Below, one piece after another: positions 9,215-17,932 of a stretch of 64,000 nt of DNA. The position numbers were made by a program, and so were the translations under genes. The DNA lies in the sequence record PZ386971.1; one strand, 5' to 3'. The notes beneath the pieces are model-generated. The model saw only the letters and a list, made by a program, of their open reading frames with translations, did not search any database and was not told where the DNA came from. Each line of letters opens with the position of its first letter. The first letter of the stretch is position 1. This DNA comes from a phage.

Positions 9215-9385
9215 ATGGCCGCTATCGATCTGGTAAAAGCAATCATCGCTGGTGATACTGATGCCGCTGCTGCTGAATGCGAAATGGAGCTGTCCACTCG
9301 CGCCCAAGAACTGGTCCAGCAGGGTACTGAATATGTCTTGAACTCCCTGAGCCAAGACATGGGTCCTTTCGGCGACGACCAGTAA
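9215..9385 (+). CDS. Small acidic protein, possible prohead core protein (gp67-like position)
   Basis: 56 aa from ATG with GAGGA SD; lies between portal and protease where T4 encodes gp67/gp68. Confidence 0.35.
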   Translation: MAAIDLVKAIIAGDTDAAAAECEMELSTRAQELVQQGTEYVLNSLSQDMGPFGDDQ

Positions 9386-9397
9386 GAGGAATGTATC

Positions 9398-9703
9398 ATG
9401 GAAATCGAAGAAGTTGCAACGTTCGCTGATTTCCTGGCTTCCCGCATGGATGAGCAGAAAGTCATTGACAAGGTGAACGCAAAAGGCAAACGCCGTCGCC
9501 GTCTGCAGTGTGCTCCTGGTTTCAAACTGTCTGCGGATGGTTCCCGTTGTGAGGTGATGGTCGCCAGTGAGCGCCGTACTCGCAAGCTGGGCAACCGCAA
9601 GGCGATCCGAGCCAAGAAACGCATGGGTATGGGATACCAGCGCAAAATCGAGCGTCGTAAGAAAAAAGCAATGAAGTTCCGTCGTATGATGGGGCTGAGT
9701 TAA
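9398..9703 (+). CDS. Highly basic small protein, possible prohead core or internal protein (gp68-like position)
   Basis: 101 aa, Arg/Lys-rich C-terminal half (KRRRRL, RRKKKAMKFRR); synteny between portal and protease. Confidence 0.4.
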   Translation: MEIEEVATFADFLASRMDEQKVIDKVNAKGKRRRRLQCAPGFKLSADGSRCEVMVASERRTRKLGNRKAIRAKKRMGMGYQRKIERRKKKAMKFRRMMGLS

Positions 9704-9710
9704 GGAGCGA

Positions 9711-10379
9711 ATGATGAAACTGTTGCGTGAGATCACTGCGATAGGGAAAGACCTTCAGATTGGTGAAGCGGCCACGGCTACTGGCGGCAAAGCCATGTAC
9801 ATCGAAGGTCCATTCGTGATGTGTAACCAGGTGAACCGTAATGGTCGCAACTACGATCTCCAAAAGGTGGGTATCCCTGCTGTCGAAGCATACGACAAAG
9901 AGTATATCCAGGATCGTCGTGCAATCGGTGAACTCAAGCATCCGGATTATCCTTTCCCCGATATCGAACACGCTGCACTCAAAACCGAATCTTTGCGCTG
10001 GGAAGGCACCAACGCTATCGGTCGAGCGCGGATCCTGAATACACCGAAAGGTCAGATCATTCGTGCTCTGGCTGAAGCAGACTTCAACCTGGCCGTGTCT
10101 ACACGTGGCCTTGGTGAGACCAAGTCAGTGAACGGCTATGATGACGTTCAACCCGGCTTTATGCTCACTGCTGTTGATGCAGTCGACCGTCCTTCTGGAC
10201 AAGTTTGTTATGTAAAGGCTGTGAGCGAATCTGTGGAATGGCAGCTTGATGAATCTTCAGGAATCTGGGTTCCTAAGGACATTAAGGGGCATGTGGTCGA
10301 TTCATTGGTGAAAACCAATATTCAGTTAGAAGACGACTTCCTGCGCCGCCTCGATATCGCATTGAAACATCTGGGCTGA
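9711..10379 (+). CDS. 21: Prohead core protease (T4 gp21-like)
   Basis: YIEGPFVMCNQVNRNGRNYD / GELKHP / STRGLGE / TAVDAV align with T4 gp21 YIEGIFLQAEVVNRNKRLYP / GELNHP / SSRGLGS / VGVDAV. Confidence 0.9.
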   Translation: MMKLLREITAIGKDLQIGEAATATGGKAMYIEGPFVMCNQVNRNGRNYDLQKVGIPAVEAYDKEYIQDRRAIGELKHPDYPFPDIEHAALKTESLRWEGTNAIGRARILNTPKGQIIRALAEADFNLAVSTRGLGETKSVNGYDDVQPGFMLTAVDAVDRPSGQVCYVKAVSESVEWQLDESSGIWVPKDIKGHVVDSLVKTNIQLEDDFLRRLDIALKHLG

Positions 10380-10388
10380 ATTCAGCCT

Positions 10389-10398
10389 CACTAAATAC
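10389..10398 (+). promoter_or_regulatory. Late-promoter-like motif CACTAAATAC
   Basis: Variant of T4 TATAAATA placed 27 nt upstream of the scaffold ATG; same motif upstream of several other late genes. Confidence 0.35.
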
Positions 10399-10424
10399 TG
10401 AAAATCGTTCAGAAGGAAACAATC

Positions 10425-11276
10425 ATGAAACCTGAATTGCAAAAACTGTTTGAGGGCGTTAACGGCCTCAGCACCGACTTCCTGGATAAAGTGTCTGGTC
10501 TGCTGGAATCTAAAGTAGAAGCCGCTCGCCTGACCGCTATTCAAGAAACCGAAAACGCTGCCAATATTGAGCGCCTGCGTCTGGTTGAAGCTCATCAGGC
10601 TGAGATTGCTCAGCTGAAAGAGTCTCACTTGATGGAAATTGCGACCAAAGTCGATGGCTTCCTGAACGCGGTTGTAGAAGAGTGGGCTAACAAGAACGCT
10701 CCTGCCATCGACGCTCAGATCAAACGTGAAGCGGCTGAAAATCTGCTGGCTGGCCTGACTGGTGTTCTGAAAGAAGCTGGTATCAACTTTGCCACCGACG
10801 AAAACGGCCAGATCGCTGCGCTGACTGCCCGCCTGACCGAAGCAGAACGACGTGCTGCGATTGCCGAAAGCGAAAACCGTCAAATCAAAGAAGCCGCGAA
10901 TGCGACTCTGCGTGACTCTGTGATCGCCCGTATCTGTGAAGGTATGGTCGACACCAAGAAAGCAACGGTTGTCAATCTGCTGGAAGCTGTGCAGTTCACC
11001 ACCGAAAGCGAATTCGCTTCCCGCGTACACACCTTCCGCAACCTGGTAGAAGGTAAGTCCGTGAAGAAAGAAGGCGATGACGATGACGATGACTTCCAAG
11101 ACAAAGTCGGCGGAAAAGACGGCGATGACGACAACAAAGATGTTAAAGCCGAAGGCAAAAAGCCTAAGAAAGAAGGCGATGAAGATGACGATGAAGATGA
11201 AACAGACAAAGAGCTGAAAGAATCTATCAAGCGTCAGTTGGCCGACTATAATCGTCGCTTCGGCATCAACGGCTAA
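10425..11276 (+). CDS. 22: Prohead scaffold protein (T4 gp22-like)
   Basis: 283 aa, alpha-helical and charge-rich with acidic tail (KEGDDDDDDFQDK...DEDDDEDE); between protease and major capsid gene. Confidence 0.7.
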   Translation: MKPELQKLFEGVNGLSTDFLDKVSGLLESKVEAARLTAIQETENAANIERLRLVEAHQAEIAQLKESHLMEIATKVDGFLNAVVEEWANKNAPAIDAQIKREAAENLLAGLTGVLKEAGINFATDENGQIAALTARLTEAERRAAIAESENRQIKEAANATLRDSVIARICEGMVDTKKATVVNLLEAVQFTTESEFASRVHTFRNLVEGKSVKKEGDDDDDDFQDKVGGKDGDDDNKDVKAEGKKPKKEGDEDDDEDETDKELKESIKRQLADYNRRFGING

Positions 11277-11367
11277 TTTTAGCAGCCACAGCCCTCGAAA
11301 GGGGGCTTGATTTTGAACTACTAAGTAATTTCAACTTAACTGAATATCAATGTAAGGAATGACCATC

Positions 11368-12693
11368 ATGGCTAAGAAACTTGTTACCGAACAAATGCGC
11401 GAGCAGTGGCTGCCAGTTCTTCAGAAAGAATCTGAAAGCATCCAGCCGCTTTCTGCCGAAAACGTTGCCGTCCGTCTGCTGCAAAACCAGGCTGAGTGGA
11501 ACGCCAAAAACCTGGGCGAATCCGACGCTCCTGGCTCCGTGAACGCCTCTGTGGGCAAATGGCAGCCAGTCCTGATCGACATGGCCAAACGTCTGGCTCC
11601 GGTCAACATCGCGATGGACTTCTTCGGCGTTCAGCCGCTGTCTGGTCCTGACGGTCAGATCTTTGCTCTGCGTGCTCGCCAGGGCATTTCAGACGGCGGA
11701 TCCAACACCCAACATTCCCGTAAAGAACTGTTCATGCAGGAAGCTGATTCTGGCTACTCTGGTGACGACACTGCTCAGGCTGGCGACCCATCTGGCTTTA
11801 CCCAGACTGAGATCGAAGGTTCCGGCGCTGCCACCACCACCATCGGTAAAGGCATGTCAACTTCCGACGCTGAACTGCTGGGCACCACCACTAACCCATG
11901 GGCACGTGTTGGTATCACCGTTCAGAAAGCAACCGTGACTGCGAAGTCTCGCGGCCTGTACGCTGACTACAGCCATGAACTGCGCCAGGACATGATGGCG
12001 ATCCACGGCGAAGACGTTGACAGCATCCTGTCCGACGTGATGGTAACTGAAATTCAGGCAGAGATGAACCGTGAGTTTATCCGCACCATGAACTTCAGCG
12101 CAGTACGCTTCAAAAAATTCGGCACCAACGGTATCGTAGATATCTCCACTGACATCTCCGGTCGTTGGGCGCTGGAAAAATGGAAGTACATGACTTTCAT
12201 GCTGGAAGTCGAAGCGAACGGCATCGGTGTTGACACCCGTCGTGGTAAAGGCAACCGTGTTCTGTGCTCCCCGAACGTAGCATCCGCTCTGGCGATGTCC
12301 GGCATGCTGGATTATGCTCCGGCGCTGCAGGAAAACACCAAGCTGGCGATTGATCCGACTGGCCAGACCTTCGCTGGTGTGCTGTCTAATGGTATGCGTG
12401 TCTACATCGACCCGTATGCAGTAGCAGAGTACATCACCCTGGCATACAAAGGCGCAACCGCGCTGGATGCTGGTATCTTCTTCGCCCCATACGTTCCGCT
12501 GGAGATGTACCGCACCCAGGGTGAAACCACCTTCGCTCCACGCATGGCGTTCAAGACCCGCTACGGGATTTGTGCCAACCCGTTCGTTCAGATCCCAGCG
12601 AACCAGGATCCACAGGTCTATGTGACTGCGGATGGTATCGCCAAGGACACCAACGTGTATTTCCGCAAAGGGTTAATTAAGGGACTTTTCTAA
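11368..12693 (+). CDS. 23: Major capsid protein (T4 gp23-like)
   Basis: GVQPLSGPDGQIFALRA vs T4 GVQPMNSPTGQVFALRA; GVLSNGMRVYIDPYA...AYKGATALDAGIFFAPYV...FKTRYGI vs T4 GVLGGKYRVYIDQYA...GYKGPNEMDAGIYYAPYV...FKTRYGI; start at ATG 11368 with AAGGAA SD. Confidence 0.95.
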   Translation: MAKKLVTEQMREQWLPVLQKESESIQPLSAENVAVRLLQNQAEWNAKNLGESDAPGSVNASVGKWQPVLIDMAKRLAPVNIAMDFFGVQPLSGPDGQIFALRARQGISDGGSNTQHSRKELFMQEADSGYSGDDTAQAGDPSGFTQTEIEGSGAATTTIGKGMSTSDAELLGTTTNPWARVGITVQKATVTAKSRGLYADYSHELRQDMMAIHGEDVDSILSDVMVTEIQAEMNREFIRTMNFSAVRFKKFGTNGIVDISTDISGRWALEKWKYMTFMLEVEANGIGVDTRRGKGNRVLCSPNVASALAMSGMLDYAPALQENTKLAIDPTGQTFAGVLSNGMRVYIDPYAVAEYITLAYKGATALDAGIFFAPYVPLEMYRTQGETTFAPRMAFKTRYGICANPFVQIPANQDPQVYVTADGIAKDTNVYFRKGLIKGLF

Positions 12694-12720
12694 TCGAATA
12701 GTTGTCCTTAACCCTGACAA

Positions 12721-12742
12721 ACCCCGCTTCGGCGGGGTTTTT
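12721..12742 (+). terminator. Rho-independent terminator after the major capsid gene
   Basis: accccgcTTCGgcggggttttt, identical stem-loop to the one at 4509. Confidence 0.65.
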
Positions 12743-12794
12743 CATTTTGGGGATTCGTTATATGATGTGCCAAACTTAACCGGAGATAACGTGT

Positions 12795-12995
12795 ATGAGC
12801 CTGAAAGAAGATTCTGTAAACACCACAGTCGCCAACTCCACTTTCCGTGAGTGGCACGACGTATTGTGCAAAGTCGCGAAAAGCCAGGGCGGTTCAGCCG
12901 CCGACGCCGACGCCTGGCGTGATGATTACGAAGCAGGCAAGACCCCTCGCCAGTCTTGGGAAGATGAATGGGGTTGGGAAGAACAAGAAGGATAA
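12795..12995 (+). CDS. Small acidic Trp-rich protein (66 aa)
   Basis: ORF with GGAGA SD; C-terminus WEDEWGWEEQEG. Confidence 0.4.
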   Translation: MSLKEDSVNTTVANSTFREWHDVLCKVAKSQGGSAADADAWRDDYEAGKTPRQSWEDEWGWEEQEG

Positions 12996-13055
12996 CAGTT
13001 TTCAATAACGGGGCGAGAGGTATTATTGCCCCGTCTACTATCCGAGGGTTGTGCC

Positions 13056-13280
13056 ATGTACCTGAAAAAGACTGTGAAGAAGCCGAAAGGCGAAGTGATC
13101 GAAGTGTGCCTTATTGAGGCTTATGTTGACTCCTGGAACAATGAGCAGCGCTACTTCATGGTCAACACATTGGTGTATGTGCCAGCCTCTCACCTGAACC
13201 GTGATTTCATCACAACCGAGAACATCGTCCGCTGGGAGATTGCAACGCAGTCCGATATCGACAAACACATCATTCTTTGA
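13056..13280 (+). CDS. Hypothetical small protein (74 aa)
   Basis: ATG with GAGGG SD; track ORF begins at an upstream TTG. Confidence 0.4.
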   Translation: MYLKKTVKKPKGEVIEVCLIEAYVDSWNNEQRYFMVNTLVYVPASHLNRDFITTENIVRWEIATQSDIDKHIIL

Positions 13281-13297
13281 AAGGAAGGAACTATATC

Positions 13298-13741
13298 ATG
13301 TCAAAAGAGAAATACATTTTTATCAGTCCAGCCACGAAGGAGTTCTTCATCTCTGACGTGAAAGACCGTGTTGAGAAGTTCCGCTACATGCGCAGCTATG
13401 GTCTGGCGTCTGGTGAGATCGATTACCAGTCCCTGGATAATGATCGCCAGGATCTGATTGATGACGGCTGGCGTTTGGTCCCATCCCCTCAGTATATCCA
13501 TATCAAGCTGTACTACATGAAGGACAGCGGGAAGTATTATTCTGAAGGTGAACTCGTCCTCAATCGTGGAGAGGCTGAAGCTGAACCTGCTAAGTCCTGG
13601 ATGGACACTATGGATAAAATCCGCTATCTTCTCGACTCAGGCAATTTGCCCGGTTTGGTTAAAGGTGCCCGGTACGAGGTCTTCGTGACCGGAGAAGGGC
13701 ATCCAGGTGGTTATCCACAACTGTTCCGCATTAACAACTGA
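13298..13741 (+). CDS. Hypothetical protein (147 aa)
   Basis: ATG preceded by AAGGAACTATATC initiation region. Confidence 0.5.
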   Translation: MSKEKYIFISPATKEFFISDVKDRVEKFRYMRSYGLASGEIDYQSLDNDRQDLIDDGWRLVPSPQYIHIKLYYMKDSGKYYSEGELVLNRGEAEAEPAKSWMDTMDKIRYLLDSGNLPGLVKGARYEVFVTGEGHPGGYPQLFRINN

Positions 13742-13749
13742 GGTCAAAC

Positions 13750-13986
13750 ATGATTATCAAAAAGATCGGCGCAAGTCCTCTCACTGGTACTATATTCCAG
13801 GGCAGGTTGAACACCAAAACCAGCATGTGGGTTGGTGAGAAGACCGACGTGACAGATGACTGCGTGGCAGCTGTAGCTGAACACTTGCGACACATCAAGA
13901 AAGACTATTGCTTCCCAACGACGGATGGTAAGTTTCTGGTGCTGAGCGCCGAGGTTCACGACACCCTTCCCGACCGCTTCAAATAA
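13750..13986 (+). CDS. Hypothetical small protein (78 aa)
   Basis: ORF with GAGGT SD immediately after the previous gene. Confidence 0.45.
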   Translation: MIIKKIGASPLTGTIFQGRLNTKTSMWVGEKTDVTDDCVAAVAEHLRHIKKDYCFPTTDGKFLVLSAEVHDTLPDRFK

Positions 13987-14011
13987 ATTTTAAATTTATT
14001 CAATATACGGG

Positions 14012-14040
14012 GTTTAATTCTTCAATAAACCCCGTATACT
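14012..14040 (+). promoter_or_regulatory. Early promoter, cassette A copy 2 (-35 GTTTAAT, -10 TATACT), -35 lies in the loop of a tacgggg..ccccgta stem
   Basis: Followed by the same conserved leader tcattccataagcagcacaaca...gaaa and AGGAAATATATCATG as at 4588 and 48392. Confidence 0.5.
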
Positions 14041-14089
14041 TCATTCCATAAGCAGCACAACATTGACTCTGAAATGAAGGAAATATATC

Positions 14090-14419
14090 ATGACTTTTAA
14101 AGGCTTTGTAGCATTCGACGCAACCAAAACCAACGTGCTGAGCAACCCGCAGCTGGAAACCATCTCTGAAATGCGCCAGTGGGTGATGGGGATCACTGGC
14201 CATCAAACCCGAAAGGATCTTGAAGCGGAGTTCTATATCGAACCTGCTGAAGTCTTCTTCAATCGCCCTGAAGATGAACCGTTCATCCGTCAAGACTTGG
14301 ATGACAATGATATCACTCTCGCGATCTTCTCTGAAGCAAAAGCGGCTATGATCGTGGACGGCCTGTGTGATGAGTCCTTCACATACGATGAATACTGCGA
14401 TCAGTGTCAGGATCTGTGA
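14090..14419 (+). CDS. Hypothetical protein (109 aa)
   Basis: ORF downstream of cassette A copy 2. Confidence 0.5.
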   Translation: MTFKGFVAFDATKTNVLSNPQLETISEMRQWVMGITGHQTRKDLEAEFYIEPAEVFFNRPEDEPFIRQDLDDNDITLAIFSEAKAAMIVDGLCDESFTYDEYCDQCQDL

Positions 14420-14488
14420 TTTGTTCTAAACCTTTGAACAGGGTATGTTAACCGCATACCCTATCCCCTACAAATAGAGGACTTTACC

Positions 14489-14833
14489 ATGGCAGCAGAC
14501 ACCAAACTGAACAAATCCGTGGAGATCCCCCACATCGTCAAATTCGAAAAGCCGAGCGAGCGTAAGCCACGCAAATCGCGTCGCCTGGTCACCAAACTGG
14601 ATATTCTGAAACAGAAGTTCGGCGACCACAGCGTGTTCACGCGCATTCGAAATGCATTAAAGGAAGGGCGAACTGAGCTGGAACTATATCGACCGAACGG
14701 TTCGACACGCGCGTATCAGACCACTGACGGCTTACTGGAACTGATCCGCCTGAGCGGGATGACGATCGAACCTCGTTCGTCAGGCACTCCTCTGTGCTCC
14801 CTGTACGTAATCGGCAATCTTGGGGCGCTGTGA
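14489..14833 (+). CDS. Hypothetical protein with basic N-terminal region (114 aa)
   Basis: ORF with GAGGA SD; KPSERKPRKSRR segment. Confidence 0.5.
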   Translation: MAADTKLNKSVEIPHIVKFEKPSERKPRKSRRLVTKLDILKQKFGDHSVFTRIRNALKEGRTELELYRPNGSTRAYQTTDGLLELIRLSGMTIEPRSSGTPLCSLYVIGNLGAL

Positions 14834-14838
14834 GTTCT

Positions 14839-15261
14839 ATGAAGAAGTATATCGTTCTCATTACGGGTTCCCGCTCAATCACCGAGCGGGATAAGGTATT
14901 CGCCAAGCTGGACGAACTCCTCGATCCTCATGAAGTCTATACGTTGATCGAGGGTGAGGCCACGGGTGTCGACACGATTTGCCGTGATTGGGCTGAAATC
15001 AATTATGTTCATATCACCCCCATGCCGATCCCTCCGAGCTATTATGAAAAGTATGGGAACGGGATGGGTAACAAACGCAATCAGGACATGTTAGACAAGG
15101 CATTGGATCTCGTCAGGCAGACCAAGCTGGAAGTGTATCCGATTGCGATGTGGGATGGTTCGTCCACTGGCACCCTGGACATGATCAACCGTTGCAAGAA
15201 AGCTGGCCTCCCTGTGGATATCACTCTAATGGGTAAGCCGAAGACCAAGCGCCTTTTGTAA
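14839..15261 (+). CDS. SLOG-superfamily (DUF2493/YspA-like) nucleotide-binding protein
   Basis: 140 aa; VLITGSRSITERD ... EGEATGVDTICRDWAE pattern typical of DprA/LOG-like Rossmann domains found in phages. Confidence 0.5.
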   Translation: MKKYIVLITGSRSITERDKVFAKLDELLDPHEVYTLIEGEATGVDTICRDWAEINYVHITPMPIPPSYYEKYGNGMGNKRNQDMLDKALDLVRQTKLEVYPIAMWDGSSTGTLDMINRCKKAGLPVDITLMGKPKTKRLL

Positions 15262-15302
15262 CATATCATAAATAATTTGAGTACACACAGCGGAGATACA
15301 TC

Positions 15303-15473
15303 ATGTTTGTCGTCATCAATCTGTTCTGCTATATCTTCACGGCGTACTTCTTGGGCGCGGTATGGATCGAGACCTACAATGACCTGAAGGATGGGGAATA
15401 CGCCAACCGAATGGTTTATGTCAAGAAGTTTGTTCGTAAGTTCTGGTCCAACTTCGTTTACAAACTACCATGA
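15303..15473 (+). CDS. Small predicted membrane protein (56 aa)
   Basis: Not in the ORF track (under 60 aa); GGAGA SD; hydrophobic helix MFVVINLFCYIFTAYFLGAVW. Confidence 0.35.
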   Translation: MFVVINLFCYIFTAYFLGAVWIETYNDLKDGEYANRMVYVKKFVRKFWSNFVYKLP

Positions 15474-15511
15474 TCCCTAAATACCCCCATCATCCATGGG
15501 GGTATTTTCTT

Positions 15512-16240
15512 ATGAACGCACAGATCTATGACGCCCTATCGCAGGGCAACGCCTTTACCAATCCTCTCCCGTCCCTCAGCAGCGCCTCACAGGGGTTAAT
15601 CACCAGTGGTAAGGCGACTACAGCGTCACTGGCTAACACCGGAAATACGCAGATTCAGGAAGCGCTGACGGCAGGTGGGTTGACTACAGCCAAACTCAAC
15701 GAATCTACGGCGATGTTCAACTCAGCAAACACCAGCATCACCACGCTGATCAACTATGGCGACCAGTCAGTGAACGAGGCATATTCCCGCATCGGTACAT
15801 CTGTGTCGTATAAGTCCGCCCTGAAGTCTATAGGTCGAGAACCGAACAACTGTGATCTGATCAATAATGCATTTGGGGTTATTCAGAACCTCGGCAAACA
15901 GTGGATCAATACCATGCAAAGTGTTCTCACAACTATCACAAACAAGATGAATGAGTTGGCTGAATTGGTAGCTCAGGGTGTCAGTGCTGGTCTTGATGCT
16001 ATTCGGGCACTGGCTGCTGAAGTTACTCAGGCCATCGACACTGCTGTCGCATCAGTAGCCTCTATTGCTCAGGACATCACGAACGGTATTGCAGCAGAGT
16101 TAGCCCATATCCAAGACATGGTTGGTAAGTGTCTTAACTTCTCTTTTGCCAACGTGATCTCAGAGTGGGCGAAAGATATCTGCGCCGGAGGTGTCATCAA
16201 CAGCATTGGTTCCGATAATCTGAAGAACGCACTGAAGTAA
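15512..16240 (+). CDS. Hypothetical alpha-helical protein (243 aa), possibly late or virion-associated
   Basis: ATG 15512 preceded by late-like motif CCTAAATAC inside a hairpin; Ala/Thr/Ser-rich helical sequence. Confidence 0.5.
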   Translation: MNAQIYDALSQGNAFTNPLPSLSSASQGLITSGKATTASLANTGNTQIQEALTAGGLTTAKLNESTAMFNSANTSITTLINYGDQSVNEAYSRIGTSVSYKSALKSIGREPNNCDLINNAFGVIQNLGKQWINTMQSVLTTITNKMNELAELVAQGVSAGLDAIRALAAEVTQAIDTAVASVASIAQDITNGIAAELAHIQDMVGKCLNFSFANVISEWAKDICAGGVINSIGSDNLKNALK

Positions 16241-16648
16241 TCAGTGCTCCCGCGCCGGAAGAACTCCCACTGGTTCGATGCCATCCAACAGCAGGGAGTT
16301 CACACCCACATTACTCAGTCTGATCAAGATCGTTCCCCCTGGGTTAACTTCAAAGATACTCATCCCATTTCCAACCGCGTCGTTGTTAACGAACACACCC
16401 TGAGTTGCGATTCGTACTGGTTTATCTGAGTCATTCATGATCTTGAACGTCACGATTATATCCGATGTTGTACCCAGTCGTCCAACCATGCGTTGCTTCA
16501 GCTTGGCATAGAATGATGGATTAAAAGTGATAATGATGCTGTTGTTCTGAGAGTAATAAATACTGGCTGAAAGGTATGGAATCTTCCCTTCATCGCCACG
16601 CCGCAGGAGAGGAATTGTGGTCTTCCAGTATGGCTTGAGGGTGCTCAT
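16241..16648 (-). CDS. Hypothetical protein (136 aa), convergent with the upstream + gene
   Basis: C-terminal 136 aa of the minus ORF read as a well-behaved beta-rich protein (MSTLKPYWKTT...); the upstream part of that ORF is W/C/R-rich antisense-like junk. Confidence 0.4.
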   Translation of the reverse strand: MSTLKPYWKTTIPLLRRGDEGKIPYLSASIYYSQNNSIIITFNPSFYAKLKQRMVGRLGTTSDIIVTFKIMNDSDKPVRIATQGVFVNNDAVGNGMSIFEVNPGGTILIRLSNVGVNSLLLDGIEPVGVLPAREH

Positions 16649-16917
16649 GTTCTCATCAAAGCAACCTAAAGGTACGAGCTTCTGGAAGGGCTGGAACTCT
16701 TGCACGATGATGTCCAGCATACCCTTGTTACAAGTGGGAACGCTGGCCGACAACATCACAGGTACGGTGCGCACTTCCGGGGTCCAGAGTTCGGAAACAG
16801 AAATTATTGGCGTGACAAAGATACGACAGCTCGTAAACAAGAGCATCGAGCATGCCAACAACAATCTACTGATCCCGCGCATCAGGGTCACAAAATATCT
16901 CCACAGCAAAGGTGCTA

Positions 16918-17420
16918 TTATGTCCAACGTACAATTCAAGAACGAAAACCCTAATTTCGCGGCGTCCGATAAGTGGCGTCTGACTATCGGAGACCTTGTA
17001 CTCCTAACCCGTAACATCCACGACTTCAGTATACCAGGGGTGTACTCCGAAGGCATCGATGGTCCGTCGCCAGGAGACGTACTGGTTTCTATTCCTTCAG
17101 AACGTTTAACCTATGATCCCGTCGTATTTACTTTCGTTATAGACGAGGACTGGAAATCATGGTTACAGATCCACCAATGGATTACCAGCAACGTCGGCAA
17201 GGATTTGCCTGTCAGCAAGGACATTACCATTGAATTGCTGGATAACCTCAACCGACCGATTGGCCTCACTCTAGTGCTGGAGGAAGCCCGCCCGACTGCT
17301 TTGGACAACGTACTGGTGGACGTAGACGCGGCTGTACCTCAGCTGGTGACGACAGTGACCTTCAAGTTCCAACAGCTGGTTCCACTATCTGGTGGGAAGG
17401 CGATTGATTCTAATCAGTGA
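16918..17420 (+). CDS. Hypothetical protein (167 aa; N-terminus may extend to about 16707)
   Basis: ATG 16918 with AAAGGTG SD; protein-like sequence to the stop at 17420. Confidence 0.5.
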
Positions 17421-17464
17421 AATGCGGTATAATTCTCTATGACATTGACAAGCTGGGATATTTT

Positions 17465-17917
17465 ATGAAAGAACAACTACAGACAATGGCTACCGAGGAC
17501 ATCATGAACGAACTGGAGCCACTGATCACAGTGGACCCAGAAGACATGAACCTTGACCAGATCTCGCTGAAAATCGGGCGCTCTTGGATGGCTGTACAGC
17601 GGCATTATCTGCGCGAGGGGCGTTATCTTGAATTCCTCAATGGGCGCTTCCGTCAGATAGATCTCTATTTGCGCCGCTACTATGCAGGGGAGTTACCCCC
17701 GAACATCTACGCAGAGCGCCCCCTGAAGGTTCGCCCCCTGAAGTCTGACCTGGATACATGGGTCAAAGCAGACGATGACTATGTGGAGTTGTCTGTTCTG
17801 TTACAAGAACAAAAAGCAAAAGTCAAGTTCATAGAGACTTGTTTGGATCGCCTGAACAAACTGGGATACGAAGTGAAAAATGCTATTGAATGGAGAAAGT
17901 ATCTCGATGGTGTATAA
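17465..17917 (+). CDS. uvsY: UvsY-like recombination mediator
   Basis: 151 aa; YYAGELP...DLDTWVKADDDYVELSVLL...LGYEVKNAIEWRKY parallels T4 UvsY YYSGRGD...VLSADKDVLKVDTSLQY...RGFAIKHIQDMR; adjacent to uvsW as in T4. Confidence 0.55.
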   Translation: MKEQLQTMATEDIMNELEPLITVDPEDMNLDQISLKIGRSWMAVQRHYLREGRYLEFLNGRFRQIDLYLRRYYAGELPPNIYAERPLKVRPLKSDLDTWVKADDDYVELSVLLQEQKAKVKFIETCLDRLNKLGYEVKNAIEWRKYLDGV

Positions 17918-17932
17918 CAAGGATCACACATA

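Noticed and set aside
16617-16917. Plus-strand ORF extension upstream of 16918
   Set aside because: No SD for the upstream Met codons and the region overlaps the plausible start of the minus-strand gene; kept only as a possibility.
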